The notes under the pieces: model-generated
Databases searched by the model: none
The model's input: only the letters and a program-made list of their open reading frames with translations
Told to the model about the DNA's origin: nothing
Assembly (NCBI GenBank): GCA_964106645.2
Contig: OZ067047.1
Length of the DNA: 64,000 nucleotides
Direction: 5' to 3' (one strand)
Origin: Podarcis pityusensis
Taxonomy: Eukaryota
Part shown: positions 26,326 to 64,000 of the stretch, piece after piece
How positions within the stretch are numbered: position 1 is the first letter of the stretch
How the letters are laid out: each line of letters starts with the position of its first letter
Program-made: the position numbers and the translations under genes

Positions 26326-27628
26326 TTTCCCAAAATTGGATCGGAGAGCTTGCTGACTTCCCACGAAGCTGGAGAAAGTGATAGTTTTTGGGACTCCCCT
26401 AAGGAGGCAGGTGGTGGACAGAGCGAGACCACGTTGTCTAGACCCCGAGACCGCGTCTGGATTTACTCAGTCCTGACTGGGTAGGTGGCAGCGGCCTAAG
26501 CGGTGATTGGCAGAAGGGGAGGGGGGCATATCAACCGCAGAATGGAACTGTTGTTTCAGTTATAGGTGCCTTGAGTTTTAATGTTTGGTTGTGTTTTTTA
26601 ATTCCTCGTCTTTTGCATCTTTCCCTTGCAGGTTCCAAATCTGTCCCCATTCAGCTCCCTCAGCAGCCTTTCCTCCCTGTCCTCTGTGTCCTCCCTTGAT
26701 TCGCTTTGGGACTCACTGAATGAGGTACGTAGCAGAGCAGGAGGGAACTCCTGCTGAGCTGCACAAGGGCAACCCTGAGGCTGGAGAGGGACCCATTCAG
26801 AGTCATGGGTCACAGTTATTTGTGCTCATGCATTTCTACTCAGATACAAGCCTGTGTCCTAAGTTTTGATTTCCTGGAAAGGCTTTTGTGCAAATTGCTC
26901 GTCTTTTGCATCTTTTCCTCGCAGGTGCCAAAAATTACCCCGTCCAGCTCCATCAGCTCCCTGAGTTCCCTGTCCTCCCTGGATTCGTTTTGGGACTCAT
27001 TGAATGAGGTAGGTAGCAGACAGAAGGGAAGCCCTGCTGAGCTGCACAAGGGCAACCCTGAGGCTGGGGAAGAGGAGGAGAAGCCAGCTTTCCGGCCAGG
27101 CCACCTTCTGGACCGGTTGTGAGCAAGGGGGCAGACAGGCATGGGGCTGCTAAGGGCAGGCTGTGCTTGCTGGCGCTCTCCTCATGGACCAGCCCCCCAT
27201 GGCGCCAGGGCTGTAGGGCTTCCCTGGCTAGCGACTCAGTGTGGGCAGGAGAGTCTGGCTTCTGAGTTCCTGTCTCATTCTGGGCTGCTCTCTTTCTCCT
27301 TTCTCCCCACCACCACTGCCACCACCTCTGGGGTCCTGTCTCTGCCAGAAGTCAGCCTCTGAATCCTTTGAAAAAGTGGCTGTCTCATTTTGGGCTGCTC
27401 TCTTTCTGCTCTCTCCCCACTACCACTGTGACCACCTCTGGGCTGGTTCCTCCATCCTGTCTGGGCCAACAGTCATCCTCTGAGGACGAAATATCCCATG
27501 ACAAAGTGACAGAGGAGGAGGGAAGCCCAGGCATGGAAGCCAGAGTGGCCAAAAGAGATCCAAACAGAAGAGTGCAGTTGGGAGCAGAGGATCTGTGCAA
27601 ACCTTTCGCTTTCTTTTTTTCCACTTAG
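26326..27628 (+). CDS. Putative uncharacterised Ser-rich repeat gene or pseudogene. Exons 26326-26406, 26632-26724, 26925-27008, 27473-27628; 5' end unresolved.
   Basis: Each exon has a CAG acceptor with pyrimidine-rich sequence upstream. The first three are 81/93/84 nt, phase 0-0, with donors GAG|gcaggt, GAG|gtacgt and GAG|gtaggt. The spliced frame stays open to TAG at 27626-27628. Confidence 0.5.
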
Positions 27629-27698
27629 AAAACTGGCTGTGAAGATAAAGATCCTATGGGTAGAAAAGCAGCTAGAGACCTTGCTTTTGAGCAGAAAG

Positions 27699-27700
<2 letters not shown>

Positions 27701-27742
<42 letters not shown>
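27701..27742. repeat. (GT)n microsatellite
   Basis: Read directly. Confidence 0.95.
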
Positions 27743-27745
<3 letters not shown>

Positions 27746-29662
27746 AATGGAAGCAGTTCCCTGCTCCCCCATGTAAACTCTAGAGAGGTGGATTCATTGG
27801 CACATTTGATGTCTGACAGGAATTGCCTACAATCAGGACACATTACAAGTTGAAAACAGTTCTGTTGCTTCAGCAGCACCACCAGTGGAAGTGAAATTGA
27901 CTGCTTTCTGACAAAGGATAGCAAAACTCCAGCACTATTCCCCATCTTCAATGAAGCCTGCCACAGTGAGACTATTTTGTTTGAAGGGAATGCCTACAGT
28001 ACCTTTCATATGTCTATAGCACTTTCTGCAGATTAATCACTGAATGGCTTAAGAGTTGAAACAGTGATGAGCAAGAATATTGGAACCCCATTCATTTGTC
28101 TGTGACATATCAAGTTAGAAACCAGATACCCTCGGTCTTACTTTTTCTTGGAGGGGGAATGGGAAGAACAGTGGACTGGTCCCCAGGGTGAATTTCTGGC
28201 CTACAACTTCCATCACACCAAGCCAGCACAGCTGATGGTCAGGGATAATGGGAGCTGCATCTAAAGGGACACAGGCTGCCCATCACTGTATTGTTCTTCC
28301 CATGAGTCTCTGGTCAGGAAAACCATGCGGTTAATAGTTGAATATTAGGACTGCTGGCTTTTCAGTCCCAGCTGGGCAGGCTCCTACTCCCTCTGTTATG
28401 AGGGCTAAGAGGCAGCCACTATATGAGTTTTGGGAAGACTGCTTGAAAGCGTTGGAAGACAGCCCCACAACATGGATCAGAATTATACATCTGCTCTGAG
28501 CATGCTCAGAACTACTCTCTTGAAAGCCAGACCTCATAAGCTTTTAGCATGTTCTGTTCAGTGGAGAAGAAATGAAGTTTCCTATTTTTAGCAGCTTTTT
28601 TTGTTCTGCTTAGCATTTGTTTTGTGACCTTGCTGGGGAGCAAGCTAGCAACAGTGGACACAGTATGAGTCTTTCTATTTTTTAATTAATCACTTTGTAT
28701 TTATTTTTGTGAATTGGATTGAGGAGAAATGGGTGAGTTGTGTATGCTGCAAGGATTTCCCTCCATTTACCCACAGAACACTGCAGCTTCTGCAGGGGAA
28801 TGAGGGAAGGGGAGCATAGGTTGATTTGCGGCATGTGCAGTCCCAGCTCATTTCCAGAAAAAGTGTGAGAATTTTCATCAGCACCAGTTCTGAAGATGTT
28901 GCTAAGCTCCCTTTCCCATAATAGCTGTAGCCACACAAGTGCTTACATTTTCAGCATACCTTCTATTCCCCTGCCTTAAGATTTTTACAGGAATTTAAGC
29001 AGTAAGCAGCATATTCCCTTCAAGGTTAACTGCTTTTGCTTGAATACTGCCTCCGATTCATCCTCAGCTAGGCTCATATAATCATACTAACCACATTAAA
29101 GTAGGTATCAAAGCTCTGATTCTTCACTGGTCTTCCTGCCACTTAACGACTCAATGTAGGCTACTCAGAAAAGCTGCCCAGTTAAAAGTAGATTATTATA
29201 TTGTAGGCCCCTTTTTAGAGTATCAGTTGAACAAGCCATCCAATACTAGTAGTATATCGTCTATAAAATGATCCAATTGGTACTTTAAAATGAAACTTCA
29301 CCCAACACCTAGTGTTGGATGAAGGGTACTGAAGCTATTGAATGCAACTGACAACGAACAGAATCAGTTTTACCGAACTATCAGGCTGCAAGTTGATCTA
29401 TGAAGCTACATCACTGGAATTTCAATTTCCCCTTTAGCCATCTGCTGGGGAAGTTTGAAGAACAGCACATTTTTACTGAAAGCTTGACATTCATCTCTTA
29501 CAGCAGAGCTACATATTCAGATTAATTACATGATACTTACTGTCTTACTGGAATTGTACCACTGTAAAATGCAGATAGGTTGCTGTATAATTAAATGCTT
29601 TCATATAAACTCCCTACACAAAGAAAACAGGCACAATGGACTGACAAGCTAGCCTTCTACAG

Positions 29663-29959
29663 CAGGGGTTGGCAAGGCTTTCCGGGCATGGGCCGGATCA
29701 CTCTGTGGAGATCCTCCGTGGGCCGGGCCGGTGCAGCGTGACACCAGAAATCGCTTCTGCGCATGCCCAGATGCCCAAAATCGCACCTGCGCAGAAGTGA
29801 TTTCCGGGGCTGTGGAAGAGAGTCCCCGCATCTTGCTGGTTTAGTGCAGCATGCGGGGACTCGCCGATCAGGCGGCTCGGTTCGGGGGCAGCTCATGGGC
29901 CAGTTAAACGGCCTTTGTGGGCTACTTCTGGTCCATGGGCCTTAGGTTGCCGACCCCTG
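29663..29959. mobile_element. hAT-type MITE, CpG-rich (young)
   Basis: TIRs CAGGGGTTGGCAA/TTGCCGACCCCTG; perfect 8-bp TSD TTCTACAG. Confidence 0.88.
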
Positions 29960-30289
29960 TTCTACAGGAAGGGTATAAAAATTGCTGAGTCATGCAGGAG
30001 ATTTGGGATTTTTGTACCTTCATGAAAAGAAAAGTCTGAAGATGGCTAGTATAACCCTGCAGTTATTTCATCAAGTTCACTCATTCCCTGCTCTCCAACA
30101 TAGCTCCATACCCAATAGACAGATCTCTGCTGATGACAGATGGTTTCCAAATAGTAATTTGGCACTGCAAAAAGTTTCTTATTAACAATATATATCCCCT
30201 ACTTCTTGTGCTAGGTTCTCTAGTGCTAGGCATTCAACAGGGCAGCTCCACAACATTCAGGCACATGGTACATAAGCATACACAGAAGA

Positions 30290-31568
30290 CTGCAGCACAT
30301 GGACAATCTTTATTGTTAGAGGAGCACCGGTAATCCATTACTGACTATAGTGGAGTCACCGCAGAGGCACATGCTAAGGCACTTATTGTATAAAAAAGTT
30401 TGCAGATTTATTTGTGACAGCAACCAGGACTGGAGGCTCTCACAGTGGAGAGCACTAACCATACAGTATAGGGTAATCTTATTTTAATTTGTCATTTGCT
30501 CATAAGTCTAAATGCAGCATATACAATATGGTTAAGTATACAGGTAAATCCAGCAACCAGTGTACAGTGTAGAAAAGTAAAGATTATCTATATAACCGCA
30601 GTCCCCATAGAAAGGCAGTGATAAAGACCTTTATTTTTCTTAATTACTTATAAACGAGAGATACAAAGGCCTTCAATGTATAATCTGTGCAGATTAAAAT
30701 GCTTTTTTCTTTTTTCTTTAATATACTCTTAGTCACTGTGCAGAATAACTAAACCCATCCCCGATTACAGAGCTGGATGCTTGGACATCACAATAAAGGA
30801 CTTTGTTCACACTCCATTCAAAACCCACTAGATACTGTCTGTTACCATTAAATATATTTGGTCCCGAATAGATTCTCCAGCAAGCACACAGGAAAAAACT
30901 TTGCTGCTTCCTTGGTCTGCCACTAACACACCTCTGAGACACAACGCAACACAGACACCATTGCACTTCAGATCTGTCCAGACATTAGCAAAAAGAGGGC
31001 CAACTTAAAACTCTCTTCTAGGAAAAACTTTCCAAGACTGTATGGTCTTTGAAGACATTTAGGAGTCATGTTGGGAACACTTGTTTTTCCTGTTCAACAT
31101 GACTCCCAAACTGGCTAAGTGAGTAGACCGAGGAGGTTGGAAATGTGAGGTCACTGAACATGATTGCCAAAAGCAAACAAGAGGAAGGGGACGGGACAAA
31201 TTCCCTGCATCTATCACAAACTCGTTATTGGAAGAAAATAGTTGATTTACAGCAACGAAAAGGAGTCACCCCACCCCCACCCCTCAAACTATGTAAATTC
31301 CCCAGCAGCCATGGCAAGGACAATGAATGCTACAGGCCTCTGTAGCTCCCAGACTCTGATTGGGCTGCAGACTCTTTGGCATTCAATACAAAAGAGCTTG
31401 GAAGCTGGGAGGGACAACACTAATGTCATGGCTCCAGATATTCAAGGGAACGTTTCAATAGATGTGCTCCACTTCCCCCGGCAGGTTTTAGAAGGGTTTG
31501 CAGAAGTCCACTGGACAAAGGGAGGGTGGGTCACTCCATCATGTGTGACCCGGATCCACAAGGCAGCT
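30290..31568 (-). other. MYH9: MYH9 3'UTR (3' end approximate)
   Basis: Follows the stop codon; minus-strand AATAAA at 30630-30635, 30407-30412 and 30309-30314. Confidence 0.7.
30309..30314 (-). terminator. Likely distal polyadenylation signal of MYH9
   Basis: AATAAA on the minus strand followed by a GT/T-rich stretch (gtcttctgtgtatgcttatgt). Confidence 0.55.
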
Positions 31569-63284
<31,716 letters not shown>

Positions 63285-64000
63285 CTGAAAGAAGAAAGAA
63301 AACAAGAACTCTTAGCCGACTACACATATTGTAAATGTGGGGTATACAGCTGCTATTCTAGATTTCTATATAAAACTCAGGCTCATTCTACAGAACAGCC
63401 AAGGAACTTGATAACGGGATACTCTTACAAGCATTAAGTGATTAATAAATTAGATGGATCTCAGTAGAGGACCAGGACCTAGGACATCTGCCGCCTCAGA
63501 TGCCACTTGTGGTGAAGGCAGGGAAAATATAATTTTAAATAGGCCACTTTGGCTTCTATTCATTTCCAGGTGCTACATAGCACAGGGTATTTAATGTCTA
63601 ATACCACACCATTATAGCTTCAGTTTCCTTTTAAAATAAATGTTTCAAATCATTCTTAAAAAGGATATTTTACACAGTAAACAGCTAAGTATATTTGATT
63701 TTTTTTTGTTTATGATTACTTTTATTGTTTATAACTACTTCATTATGTTTATGTAGTTATGTAATTTTTTATATATGTTGTAAGCTGCCTTGAGCATGGT
63801 TTTAAATTTGGAAAGGCAGCATACAAATAAAATGTTTGATATTGCTAACTATATCAGAGGCAATCAGGGTTTAGGATGACTCACGCATATAGTATTAATA
63901 TGAGTTTGTGGGTAATCTACTTGCCCCAAATACCCTTCAAATGCGGACAAGGTGAAGTTTGCATTCAGAACTACATCCAAGGCCAAACAGCTAAAACCAC

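Noticed and set aside
26598-27142. Minus-strand ORFs with repeated SESQSESRED/NESQNESRED
   Set aside because: Antisense reading of the plus-strand repeat exons; splice signals flank the repeats only on the plus strand.

Overview
Vertebrate genomic DNA, most likely from a lacertid-type lizard (Sauria-type SINE, BovB LINE, CR1/L2 fragments, many Tc1/mariner and hAT MITEs). The right half (about 30.3-63.3 kb, minus strand) holds the 3' part of non-muscle myosin heavy chain IIA (MYH9): 35 constitutive coding exons running to the stop codon and 3'UTR, one U12-type intron, and a 63-nt loop-2 cassette exon resembling the MYH10 B2 insert. The left part holds the CpG-island promoter and first coding exon of RBFOX2 (minus strand, ATG at 17379), followed by more than 17 kb of intron. 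The ~12 kb MYH9-RBFOX2 interval carries the APOL cluster in human, but no APOL gene is recognisable here. Instead there is an unexplained plus-strand gene-like unit (about 26.0-27.6 kb): GC boxes, a CpG-rich 5' end, three tandemly duplicated phase-0 exons encoding Ser-rich SSLSSL...DS(F/L)WDS repeats, and an in-frame terminal exon. Its start codon could not be resolved. Two pre-miRNA-like hairpins and an exact telomeric G-quadruplex unit were also seen. All coordinates were read by eye, and gene and family names come from recall rather than a database search.
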